A stretch of DNA of 64,000 bases from positions 14,059,801-14,123,800 of the forward strand of contig OZ037767.1 of NCBI GenBank assembly GCA_964035545.1. Direction: 5' to 3'. A model generated the notes under the pieces. That model had not been told where the DNA came from, ran no database searches, and saw only the letters and a list, made by a program, of their open reading frames with translations. Shown in pieces: positions 29,944-42,900 of this stretch (position 1 is the stretch's first letter; each line of letters starts with the position of its first letter). This DNA comes from Bugula neritina (taxonomy: Eukaryota; Animalia; Bryozoa). A program made the position numbers and the translations under genes.

Positions 29944-32900
29944 ATGGCTGAAGCTGCAACAGATTTGTAAGTTGTATGGTTCTATTTATTTTGAGATTAC
30001 CACACTCTTAAAATGCTTTTATGATAAGTCTTTTAAATGAGTATAATGTTGATATAAATTATTTAGAATGTTTACTATTAATTTTTTTGTAGCAAATATA
30101 CGCTTTCTGTAGCAGTATATTAAAAAATATTACATAATATGGATCTTAACAAGCTTTTTAATGTATTATCACACGTGTAAATGCATTATAAAATTCTTAG
30201 GTTGAGTTTAAAGATATACATACGCCATTATATAAATTATGTTTTTTATCCATTACATTTTATTCATGACATATAATATGTTATAAAATAATGCAACATC
30301 AGTTGATCGTGGGCTTCCCATGTAATAGTCTTGTGTTGACTACAGCCATTTTAGACAGAGAGTTATCATCTCTGTGAATATTTTCCAGTTAATTCATTGG
30401 ACTTTAATATTGCATGGTTGTCTCATGACTCATCTCATTTGAGCTATAGATGTAGCACAAAATTTGTATATAAAGCATACTATATCTATATCTATGTTAC
30501 ATATTACACATACTATATTTATATAACTTTTAATTGATGTGTTTTGCACTAATTTATATAAAGCTTTTAACCACTAGCCCAATGTTTGAAAGAACATCAC
30601 TGCTATAATAACTATAGCAGAGTTCCTTGCTGTTTATATTGATGGCAAGATGCACTTTACAACAGTCTTATAATTGAAGTAGAAAGAAGGATACAAGCCT
30701 AGATGAATGGTTCCAGTCATTTGAAGAGAAACACTTGGGAGAGAATAACTCCACATCGTTTTATAAACAGCGGCTTAACCAATGCATTGGTACGTCTACT
30801 AGTCCTTACACAGTATAAACAGGCGCTAGTTTGTTTGGTATATCTACAGTAGTATTTAATAAATTAATGACTTAATAGTTTCAAGCCACAGGTCTTGGTA
30901 GACATCAGGGCACAACGGATGGTTTTCAAAGGTTAGCCTCAGTGCTAACTCTCAAATGTGTTGCTTTTCCTTAGATTCAGTGATTGATGACTTCCAAAGC
31001 CACTATCACTTACTGAGTGCTCAACAGCAGGCTTTTTTGCCTCTCCACCCCGACCTCGCTCATGTGGGGCTGAGGCTAAGCCCTCGCTCTAAAGATACGG
31101 AACTCTGGTATAGACTTTGTCCTTTAACCAATGAGATGATAGTTACTAAGCAGGGCAGGTATGTGGAGTTTGTACTCTTTGCAATGAACAATAGAGCATA
31201 CTGCATTAAGCTTTTATAATTAGTCAAAGGGTTGTCTTCTTTCTAGACTGCATAGCTGTCACCTATTGTATGGAAATAGTTTTGGTTTCGCTTTCTTTAG
31301 AAAATAAATTGGATAAATTCTAAACTAATAATGTTTTAACATAAAGTTGGTTGCTTCTTAGCACAGCACCTGATACACACTAATAAAACACATATTGATA
31401 TGATATTGATGCCAAATACTACTGATAATATGATGCAATAACGAGTTTGAGGTGAGGCAATATTGTCCTAACTTGTAACTCTAGAAACGTCTACCCTAAA
31501 GTGGTTCTGGAATTGAAGAACATGGTGAAGACGGCAAAGTATCACGTGTTTATAGAAGTCGTTCCTGTAGATCACAATAAGTATACGTATAATTTCAAAG
31601 CTTCTAAATGGGAAGTGACAACCAAGGAGAGGTACTACTCACAGTCAGGTGAGAGCAGGTGCTTCAGGAGCTACTTTGTGACAGAAAGCTTATGGAAACT
31701 TTTTCAATAATAGCTTAACATTCGACCATAAAATGTGATGAAGCTATACTTTGTAAAACATGCTGAAAGACTATAGCAATTCGTAAATTATTAGCTTTTT
31801 TATAGAGTTTGTCATCAAGATAGTTATTTTGAATTAATTTATAGCCTTTTGCAATGAATATTTTTGCATTTATATAGTATGTTACTTTGTTTAATATTTA
31901 ACTTAATTAGATTGTTTGAAGTTGTAAGAATTATAGCCATTTATACACACTACAGTGCCCCTCTGTATCTCATTAAGTTACACAGTCCCGAAACCTCCTT
32001 TTGTGACATGGCAGAATACCAGACTCATGCATGTATTCATTAAAACTAGTTATTTTGTCCCTATATAACATACACACATACATGAGCCACAAATTGGGGT
32101 TTCAAGCCCATCGGCGTCCTACAGAATTTTGTAAGAAATGGAGCGGTTCACTGAAAAGTAGTTAAGTAATATCTACTGCATTGGTGTTCAAACTCTCAAA
32201 ACTTTTCAGCACCAAAAAAGATATTTTTGATGTTTCGGTGAGAGAGGATAACTTTGCTGGAAGGTTTTTCACATCAATAATATTATAAAGGGTAAAATTC
32301 TCCTGCAATTCAATTTATTTTCTATTAAAAGGCTTATTTGGTCATATAATTTGTCTTGTCAAATTTATATTGAAAAATAATTGCCTCTACTGGGAATCGA
32401 ACCCAGGACCTTTGGCTTGCAAGCAAGTGTGCTAACCATTACACCCCGAGACCACTAGGTAAACATATCACTACATATATTATTGAATATATTATGGTCA
32501 CTATTGTGCATGAAGTTGAACGTGTGTTTATATGCTATATTAGGGGAGTTATACTTTTTGTAGCTAGACGCCATTTTCACCCAGAATCTCCGATGACTGG
32601 TGAAAAGTGGATGCAGAAAGACGTTGAATTCACAAAACTCAAACTCTCGAATAAACTGGATGCCAATGACTACGTAAGTTGATGGTTAGTTGGAGTTGTC
32701 AGCAGTTGGCTATTCATTATGCTTGTATGTTATAAATCATTGTTTCAGTAATGTTATGCTATATAATATAATTTGAAATAATATAATATATTATGTACTA
32801 TAATGTAGTACAATATATATTGTAGCATATAGTATTTGATATAATACATTGCAATACAATATATTACCATGAGAGTAAATATTTTGGATTTGGTAGAAGC

Positions 32901-35739
32901 ACACAATTCTTTTATATAATGCAGTATATTACATAATATATATATAATGTTATGATAAATATTACATAATATAATATATTTTTATTTCATACTACAATAT
33001 TATAAGTAAAAATTAGCTCAAACAGCTTACAACTAGCTGACAATTGGTTTTCACAGCTAAGTAGATAGAGTCCTTGTAACCAAAGTTTAAAAAATTAAAT
33101 TCCAGATTAACACATGATTGCATATATTATATTATATCACATATTATTGAAAGTAAGTCTGTTTTAACAGAATTAGTCAGAAATAGAGCATCAAATTTGT
33201 GAAAGGTACGGAAGTACAGCTTAAATTGTTTGCTCTTCGTAGCTCAACAATCACAAAGATGTAACGTGTTGATATTTCCCAGTGATCCCTTGTGGTGAAA
33301 TGGTTAGCCTTCTTGCTTGCAAGCTGGTAGTTCCGGGTTCGAATCCCAGTGGGGGGCAAAAGTTTATTGTTTAGACTTTAGAAGAAGGCTCTATATTTTG
33401 ATGTTATATGCATGTATGTCACTATACTCAGTCAATAATTCAGGGTTCAGTTTGACACATAAACGGCATTGTGGGCACACTGTGAAATGAGCCAAGTTTC
33501 TGTTACAATAATGAGTCATCTATCTGTAGGCTATCCTAGAGTCAATGCAGAAGTATCAGCTGAAGGCGTGTGTGGCCCTGGCAGACTACTCGAGCTACTC
33601 CAAGAAACTCAGTCTAATCAAGTCCTTTGTACTTCCTGAAACTCAGTTTGTGACTTTGTCGTCTTACATCAACCAGAGTGTAAGTTGTCATTTCTTTGAT
33701 TATCAGCATTTCTGTAGTGGCTTAGATGTACATTAAATAGTATTTGGAGTTATGCTATCATAGGAAACTTTATAGGTGATTCAAAGTTTTTATTGCTAAT
33801 GAAATTGAAATTGTTGATTACTGCATGTCGGCCTGCGCACGACTAGCTAGGCTTGGTCTCTTCATCACCTCATATGTCTCTATAATATGTTTTTTTTCAT
33901 AAATATTATGTTGCTGAGAAATAAAACCAAGAGACAAACTGCCTAAAGTTGGGTTAATTTCAAAGTTTGAGATTTTGAGTTAAGAGGTGATGAGACTGAG
34001 ACACACCCTCTTCTACCACTAAGCTCTATTTGTGTCATCAAGGTGTCTTTAACTAAAAAAAAAAAATGTTATATAAGCATTTTGGAAAACATTTTATATA
34101 AACAGCATTAGGATGCAATATGGAGTAATACGATATTATATAACATGGTATTGCCATATATATGTATGTGATAAAGTCACTTAGTGTTGAATAGAATATT
34201 ATAGAACATGATGGTAACACACATATAACATGATATATTATATATTATATGACAATAGGTTAGCCAACTGAATATTGATAACAACAAGTATGCGTCAGGA
34301 TTCAGGGGAAAGAAACAGCAAGATTGGGAAGAGTATCAGCAGGAAGAATTTAAAAAGTGAGATAAATGAATATTAGTAATAACATATACAGTATATACTA
34401 GTAATAACATATACAGTATATACTAGTAGTAACATATACAGTATATACTAGTAATAACATATACAGTATATATACTAGTAATAACATATACAGTATATAT
34501 ACTAGTAATAAAATATACAGTATATACTAGTAATAACATATACAGTATATATACTAGTAATAAAATATACAGTATATATACTAGTAATAACATGTGCAGT
34601 ATGTACTAGTAATAACATATACAGTATATATACTAGTAATAACATATACAGTATATATACTAGTAATAACACATACAGTATATACTAGTAATAACATATA
34701 CAGTATATATACTAGTAATAACATATACAGTATATATACTAGTAATAACATATACAATATATATACTAGTAATAACATATATAGTATATATACTAGTAAT
34801 AACATATACAGTATATATACTAGTAATAACATATACAGTATATACTAGTAATAACATATATACAGTATATATACTGTATATATGTTATTACTAGTATATA
34901 TACAGTATATATACTAGTAATAACATATACAATATATATACTAATAATAACTCACCTGTTGCAGGTGGACGGTTTGGAACATGACAGATCAACCTCAGAG
35001 GAAGAATGGCGCATGCTGTCAGCAACAAACTACAGGTCAGAGGTTAAAGGATTGCATGCTGCCAATAACAGGGCTGAGTAATTTCTACATTGTACTTTTC
35101 TAATCATGCTATAATAAAATATTACACAATAGCAATAGTAATGGTCAATATAGCAATAACATGTCTGTATGCATGTGTTGGGAGTGTGTGTGTGCGTGTG
35201 TGTGTGCGTGTGTGTGTGTGCGTGCGTGTGTGCGTGTGTGTGTGTGCGTGCGTGTGTTGTGTGTGTGTGTGCGTGTGTGTGTGTGCGTGCGTGTGTTGTG
35301 TGTGTGTGCGTCTGTATGTGTGTGAAATGTAATAACAAATTTATACCACACACTTTATAACAATATGAACAAAAAAAAGTAATTTAAACACCAACATCTT
35401 TCTAGTAAACAATTGTTGTTTATAGAACGCCACTCAGAGGTGAATGCATACAGCCATCCGCAGAGATATGAGGACACGACCCCCAATGTTATTCCAAGCA
35501 GGTTTGGGCCTCAAGCTAGCTTGCCTAGAGAGGGGGCACACTACCTACCACCCACTCAGAGCGCCATAGAACCCTCATACTATAATGGGTACTCAGTCTA
35601 CCAACAACCTCCACAAGTCGCACACCTGCTATCTGGTAGAAGTCAGTGGGCTATGGCACACGGCCCGCACCCAACTATTCAGTATAACATCTCTCAGCCC
35701 AACAACATTGTAAACTCTGTTACTTACTACTCGCTTTGA
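29944..35739 (+). CDS. Divergent T-box transcription factor (copy 2, 9 coding exons)
   Basis: Exons 29944-29966, 30683-30789, 30975-31158, 31485-31648, 32564-32673, 33530-33679, 34259-34356, 34965-35035, 35426-35739. Motifs: LWYRLCPLTNEMIVTKQGRNVYP, HPESPMTGEKWMQKDVEFTKLKLSN, LESMQKYQ, LPETQFVTLSSYINQSVSQLNIDNNKYASGFR. Subfamily not assignable by eye. Confidence 0.9.
31953..32140. mobile_element. CAGTG-terminus MITE, right end missing
   Basis: ta|cagtgcccctctgtatctcattaag...gaataccagact...gagccacaaa matches the 12790 copy. Confidence 0.75.
32378..32475 (-). mobile_element. tRNA-derived repeat family B, monomer
   Basis: Reverse complement of leader + ggtgtaatggttagcacacttgcttgcaagcc...ggttcgattcccagtagaggcaatt. 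Confidence 0.75.
33266..33365 (+). mobile_element. tRNA-derived repeat family B, monomer
   Basis: cccagtgatcccttgtggtgaaatggttagc...cttgcttgcaagc...ggttcgaatcccagtggggggcaaaagttt. Confidence 0.75.
34374..34951. repeat. 25-27-bp AT-rich minisatellite (tactagtaataacatatacagtatata), ~21 copies, filling T-box copy 2 intron 7
   Basis: Direct reading. One unit is inverted, giving a 62-bp perfect palindrome at 34839-34900. Confidence 0.95.
35184..35324. repeat. (GT/GC)n microsatellite
   Basis: Direct reading. Confidence 0.95.
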
Positions 35740-36991
35740 TATTCTATAACCCTCTGCTAAGGTGAAGGTCATTAACTATAGTCTAGCAATTAATTAAATA
35801 GTTACATAATACATAAAGTAATATAAGATATATACTATCTTATGTAACTAGTTACCAAATTTTCAATTTATATATTATTATTTAAACTTGATATACATTT
35901 AATAGCTCAGTTATACTTCAACTAAAGATTAGGACACTTAACCATGAGCTAGTCACTAGCTGTTGCCATTTTACACTGTTTACTGTTATCATAAAACGCC
36001 TCACATTTATATTAAATAAAGGGAAACAGAGAATAAATATGATATCTAGCTGTTTATATGACACTTTGCATGTAAGTAACAGGGAAAGTTACACGATCTA
36101 TGATTAGATAACATATTGACAAATGCTGAATTAGCTTTTACTCGTTACAGTAGTTGGGGAAGGGAAAATGTATATGAAATGCTATTAACTAATGCTGAAT
36201 GCATGCAAGGTGGTAAAGTGGACATTGTAATATCTAAGTTAGCAAATTATTGATGCATGTAATATAACTTGAGTTTTCAGTCACTTTATATACCAGGATT
36301 CTGGTCAATTTCAAGATAGAACTGTGATTTCGTCTTAACTTTCATTATAGAGGCGTGGCTAAAAAGTGTTGGACAACTCCCATAATGGTTATTAGTTGTT
36401 AATATACATGGGAAGCAATCAACAATGTGAGCAAAGAAAAAAACTACTCGCTTTTAAACAAACTACTGAAAATACATGCAAGTATTATAATATATGTAAG
36501 CATATATTTTATTATATATGAACCAGAATATCATACAGATGCTTTAAATAATAGAGAAACAAATCATTGAGTTCATAATTAAGATATTTACAGAAAACAA
36601 TATAATTAAAACACTTTAAAGCTACAGTTGGTGCAAATTTAGGCAAAATCTAAAGACATAGACAGGATTTGATTTGCTACATAGAACAAAAAGAAAATTT
36701 AATTTTGATTAATTTTGTAAAACATGCCATTATAAAGACTCATTCGGATAAAGAATAAACACATAATTAATCTAAAATAATTAAACTACATTCCATAATT
36801 GTTATGTAACAGACCTAATACATTTACATGTACAAATTGCTACTAAAAAGAGGATTCTTTCGCATTACTAATCACAGAAATTTGAAACAAGCCTATGAAA
36901 ACTTGAGGAGCTAAAATTGTGTCACTAAAATCTAGAGTTGATGCAATGATACATGTATATACAGTGAGATCATGCTGGTACGTGAGCGGAA

Positions 36992-39900
36992 TTAAAACAC
37001 GTAAGGAATGAATTTGTAGGGCACGACTTCGGTGTATTTCACCCAAGCATCTCCGTACCGCTGGTGGCAGCTTTTCTCGTCAGCAATTACCTTAGCGACC
37101 AGGAGACTGATCAAGTAAACAGGGTAAAAGTACGGCAGGGCGTAGCTGCAGCCTGTAAGCATAATAATTCAAATACAGATAACTCCAAAAGAGCACAATT
37201 ATATCAGTAGTGATGAAAATTAACTTGTAAGTCAAAAGAGTAATAACATATTTATACACTGCTCCCTCTGTATCTCACTAATCTATGGGTCTCGAAATCT
37301 CAATTCGTGACATAATAGAGTACCAGATTTAACTCACTAATCCATTAAATTCAGCCATTTTGTCCCTATACACACATAGATAAGCCACAAAAAGAGGGTC
37401 TAAGCTCTTTTCATGGCCTAAGGAATGTTGTGAGATATGGAGCAGTGAGATACAGAGGGAGCAGTGAGATACAGAGGGAGCAGTGAGGTACAGAGGGAGC
37501 TATGAGATACAGAGGGAGCAGTGAGATACAGAGGGAGCAGTGAAATACAGAGAGAGCCGTGAGATACAGAGGGAGCCGTGAGATACAGAGGGAGCAGTGA
37601 GATACAGAGGGAGCTGTGAGATACAGAGGGAGCAGTGAGATACAGAGGGAGCTGTGAGATACAGAGGGAGCTGTGAGATACAGAGGGAGCTGTGAGATAC
37701 AGAGGGAGCTGTGAGATATAGAGGGAGCCGTGAGATACAGAGGGAGCAGTGAGATACAGAGGGAGCAGTGAGATACAGAGGAAGCCGTGAAATGCAGAGG
37801 GAGCACTGAGATACAGAGGGAGCCGTGAGATACAGAGGGAGCAGTGAGATACAGAGGGAGCTGTGAGATATAGAGGGAGCAGTGAGATACAGAGGGAGCA
37901 GTGAGATACAGAGGGAGCAGTGAGATACAGAGGAAGCCGTGAAATGCAGAGGGAGCACTGAGATACAGAGGGAGCCGTGAGATACAGAGGGAGCAGTGAT
38001 ATACAGAGGGAGCTGTGAGATACAGAGGGAGCTGTGAGATACAGAGGGAGCAGTGAGATACAGAGGGAGCTGTGAGATATAGAGGGAGCAGTGAGATACA
38101 GAGGGAGCTGTGAGATATAGAGGGAGCAGTGAGATACAGAGGGAGCAGTGAGACACAGAGGGAGCACTAAATTGAAAGAAAATGGCATACCACAGGGCAG
38201 ACTCCAAGCTACAGCCATAATGAGATCACCAAGGTAGTTGGGGCGTCTGACAATACCCCACCACCCAGAGCATATGATTCTCTTGCCAGCAGCTGTGGGT
38301 ATGCTGGAGAGATGAGAGAGGTCCGGGTTGTAAGGGTTCTTTCTGAACTCATTCTTCTGCCAGTTGGAGCCGATATAGAAAACCAGACCCACAGCTGAAG
38401 TAGAAAACAAGCCAAATAGCTACGCTTTCACCAGCATAGTATGGGTCATTCTACTTAATTTAGTACGCACTGTATATCTCTAGTTTTTAGCTGTTTTTCA
38501 CAGTTTAGCTTGTAATGTATACAGTTTATTGCAATGAACTGATAGAATATTAACCAATACAAATGAATAAGCAAGGTTGTTTTCTAATTTTGTTTGATTT
38601 CCTATGCTTTATCCTAATCTTTTAGTAAATTTAGGTGTGTGGATGTGATGAAAAAGTATCATGCCCGCACACCCAAATTACTAAAAATTAGGATAAAACC
38701 TAGAAAATCAAGCAAAATTAGAAAACAACCTTCCTTATTCAGTTGTATTGGTTAATATTACTATCAGCTCAATGCAATAAACTGCATATATTACAAGCTA
38801 AACTGTGAAAAACAGCTAAAAACTAGAGATGTATAGTGTGTACTAAATTAAGTAGAATGAGTTGTATATGATTGAGTGGATAGGATTTGACTGCCTTTCA
38901 TTGATTAATCTTCGTTTAGGTAATTGATCAGGATATTTTATATAACCTAAGCAATAGCCACACTAACCGTTGAGAATGAAAACAGCTGCCAATGCATAGG
39001 GATTGGTCATGCCCGCTTTGGGGTACAGGTACAGAAATCGAGCTTGCAGAGAGAAGATGAATGGGAAAAGACTCAGACAGGCCCAAACAGACAAGAAGCC
39101 GATTCCTTCACTTCTGAAATCGGCAGTGCTAAACCAAAATTGCTAAAATACAAAACAAAAGGTCATTAAAGTAGGACATTATTCAATTTTATACATGGAC
39201 ACAATGCTAAGCTACACAGAAAAATGACAATATTTATTTAAAACTTATCAATCTGCTTAGAATTTTTTTAGGAATGATGAAAGAAAAGGCGCAACCTAGA
39301 TATATAAATACTAAAAATTAAAACAGCAAAATGTAGCTGGTAGCCACATTTTGCAACGCTCTATGGTATCATAGCAATGAAATGAGGCAGCGCCCTTAAC
39401 AATACCTTATTTGTGAAATGAGGCAGCACCATTAGCAATATTTTATTTGTAATAAATGATTATATTTGAAAATGCTACACTTGAAACATTGGACTTGCAG
39501 ACCAGAAAAAAGACAGTATAAATATAGAGTACTTTTTATTAATTCTATAACATGTTCAACATATCAACTTGGTAAAATGAATCAATAATTTCTAGCACTG
39601 CATCAACACAACATTAAAGAAATAAAACTTTTTGATTAAAAAGGATAACAATCTTATACTATAATGAGATTTAAAATAAAGCATGCATATTTGAACTATA
39701 ATACCAAAAAAGAAATATTTGTAGAGAAAAAAATTATGTTGATTGACGCTAAAATATGTAAGGGATAATTCTGTAGGGGACCAGTTTGGTATACTTGATC
39801 CAAGACTTCCCATATCTTTGATGACACCTTTTTTCATCATTGACTACCCGAACCATCAACAGGACAAGCAAATATGTTGGGTAAAAGTATGGTAAAGCAT

Positions 39901-42900
39901 AGCTGTAACCTACAAGATAAAGAATTCAGAGAATAAAGAAAGGAAATTGAGAAGTAAGGATTGTGTTGAGTTAGAATACCAAGCAAGAAAATGTCATAAT
40001 GTAAAATACTGAGTTTGAAGAGCTATATGAATATTTGTGGAGATTAAATGGCTCGGAGTGACTCTATTTCACATTGATGTGACAACAAATGCTTATAATT
40101 GGCTTGGATGTAGGATAGCTTTTTACCACATGGTAGACTCCAAGCTAAGGCCATTATCAGGTCACCCAAATAGTTGGGACGTCTTACGACACCCCACCAC
40201 TCAAAACATAATAGAATTTTTCCAGTTGAAGTAGGTATACCAGGAAAACGAACTATTGGGCGAAGAAAAGGATTTCTCCGAAATTCATATTTCTGTAAAT
40301 TTGAGCCAATAAAAGCGAGCAATCCAGCCCCTACAAATAACAAAAGTTAAACAATTTCTAGAAAAAAGTGAATATATATAAAGTTGAAGACTTGACATGC
40401 TTCAAATAAAATTAATAGATTGAAAATGATTGATCTGTTGCAGACTGTAAGAGTAGAGACGAGTAGGTTAGTTACCTTCAACTAGGCAGATAAGAGCAAG
40501 ATATATGGGATGAGAAACCCCTTCCGCTGGGTGCAGATACAAAAATCGAGTGGTGTAAGTGTAGAGAAAAGGGAGGAAGGAGAAAAGTCCTATCGACAGC
40601 ATAAACCCAAAGCCGTGTGCAGCAAAGTCCAAATGATATACTAACATGGCCTGAAATAAAAAAATGAATATGCAAGTAAAAATACACATTTATTTTACTA
40701 GAATGGATTTATTAGACTTGCATTCATAGTAAATATAGTTCTGTTAGCAACATGGGTCATGTCACACTAAGTGATCAGAAATTTAAGAAACAATACAGAT
40801 GAGAAAAGGCCTTGAAAACAATTTGTCTGAAGATCTACGGGCAATAGGACGGGATTGAATACTATTACATATATTACAAAAATACTATATATGATTAAAT
40901 TTTAGTATAAACTGCTAAAATGCGTAATTTAATTATTGATATCGAATCGTATAATTAAATTAATTTTTTGTTAAAATATTATGATGAGAAAATAGTGAAC
41001 TTCAAAGAAACATTTTATTTAGTGTACTCATTAATATAGTACTATAGAAACATACCTCAAGAGGAGAGGGTCATCTTCTCACTTTTACTCCAAAATTGTA
41101 GAAACATCTGAACTGTCATGTTAAAAACCGCTACCGATAACCCCTCTCCCCCCCAAAGGAAATAATCCGCTCGCGAGCCACAAGGTACCACCGCATACAT
41201 TACAGCGCTGAGACGAAACCGCGTGACATGACCCAACGGGGAGATGCTACTGACCTCGTTCTTGACAGTCATCACCACGTAGAGCGTGTGGAACAAGACA
41301 ACCAGTGCCAGAGCTGGTTGAACCTTCTGATCCGCCTTGAACTGAGCGGCTAGATACATCCAGTCCACCACCATCCAGGCTATCAAACCGGAGCGGAACA
41401 CAACCTGCTTGACATCAAATGACGAGCAACGAGGATTCAGTTCCCGACCCATCCAGAAGTCATTGAGAAAAGTTCCTGCAACCAAATAACTTTGAACATA
41501 ATAACTAGTGAATTACTTTCAAACGAAAACATTAAACCGTGTTGTGTGCAGACTTTGGCCAAACTTGAGTTATTCAAAGAGTTCCCTGCAAGACTTTTGT
41601 ATCTATAGTAAGCTTTAAACTCACTGCTCTAACCACCATAGACTTCTGTACACTCAAATTTAGCTAACATAAATATGCTTTCTTTTGAAAAGATCCTATT
41701 AAGATGATTACATGCAGAATGCTTTTGAGGATTTATTCAGCCGGTGCACATAACTCTTACTTAGGTTACAGGAACTTACAAACATATTCAACATGACATA
41801 AAAATGCTAGATTTGCAGAAAATATTCGATCAAAATTAAATGTAGAGAAAAAGTGTGTTGAATACCTCATACATACTGACCATGAAATAAAGTAATGCTA
41901 TCTAGTAGTGATTTTTCTCATCAACTCAAGTATTTATAAAAAATAGAGGATTTTCAGAATTTAAAATAGCTAACCGTTAGAGCCAGGACATCTCTGATTG
42001 GCCGGAGCCTTTCTCCCACACATAAACACTTCGAGAGCAAAGATGAGAGAGATGATAACACTGGCAGAGACAAACTGGAGGTAGTGTTTTGCCACGTAGT
42101 CCATCGGACAGCCACTGGTGACAGCATAACCAAAGGCAGCACCGGCAGCAATGAGAGTGAGCCAACCTGTGACAGCATCGTACCAGTAAACGCTGCATGA
42201 TAGGCAAACTATTAGAAAACTGAAACTATTTATAAAGATTAGTAATAATTCAACATGCTTATAACATGCAACAGATAGGGAGCAGCCGTAGTCTAGGGGT
42301 TAAAACGTTTCAAACCCAGTAAAGACTATTGGTGATGTTAGGAAGAGTACCAGTCATAATTGCTCCTGTGCTGCATATGAATAAGCCCTTAGCCCACTTT
42401 AACAAAAAATCCTTTTTATCAGGGGTTTCTCACAGGGATGGCGACTATAAACTTGCATGAGTTTTTTTTGTAACATACAACAAATAGATTGAATGATGTA
42501 GTTAAATTTTCTATTTATAAGCATAAAATTTGATTCAATTCTCAGATATTAACTGTCTCCACATGTGATGACACTGTAGAAACTGTGTATATTGCTTATT
42601 ATTGAGATTCAACAGGAGGGAAAACACCATTCATTACATGAGAAAAAAGGAAACAAATGGCCAACTGTAAGTGAAGTGACACTGAAAGCAATTTGATTGT
42701 CATTCCTAATAATATGTGTATTCCATGTAGTTGTGAACAAATAAAGAAGACAACTTCTAATTCCAGCAATGAAGTGGCAATATTCAAAAATACAATATAA
42801 TTTATCAAGCTTAATGGGAAACCTAAAGTTAGATTTTCATAACAGAGGTAACTAGTTGACTTGAAGTTACAAACGGACAATTCCTACTAACGGCTTACTA

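Noticed and set aside
37411-38410. 330-aa, 235-aa and 131-aa ORFs with [12 protein letters not shown] repeats
   Set aside because: Read-through from an LBR exon into a stop-free 19-bp MITE-derived minisatellite. A donor at 38190 removes it.
36992-39142. Distal LBR exon trio as a separate TM7SF2/DHCR gene or a haplotype-duplication artefact
   Set aside because: There is no start or upstream exon in the ~600 bp between the trios, and the trios are far too diverged to be alleles.
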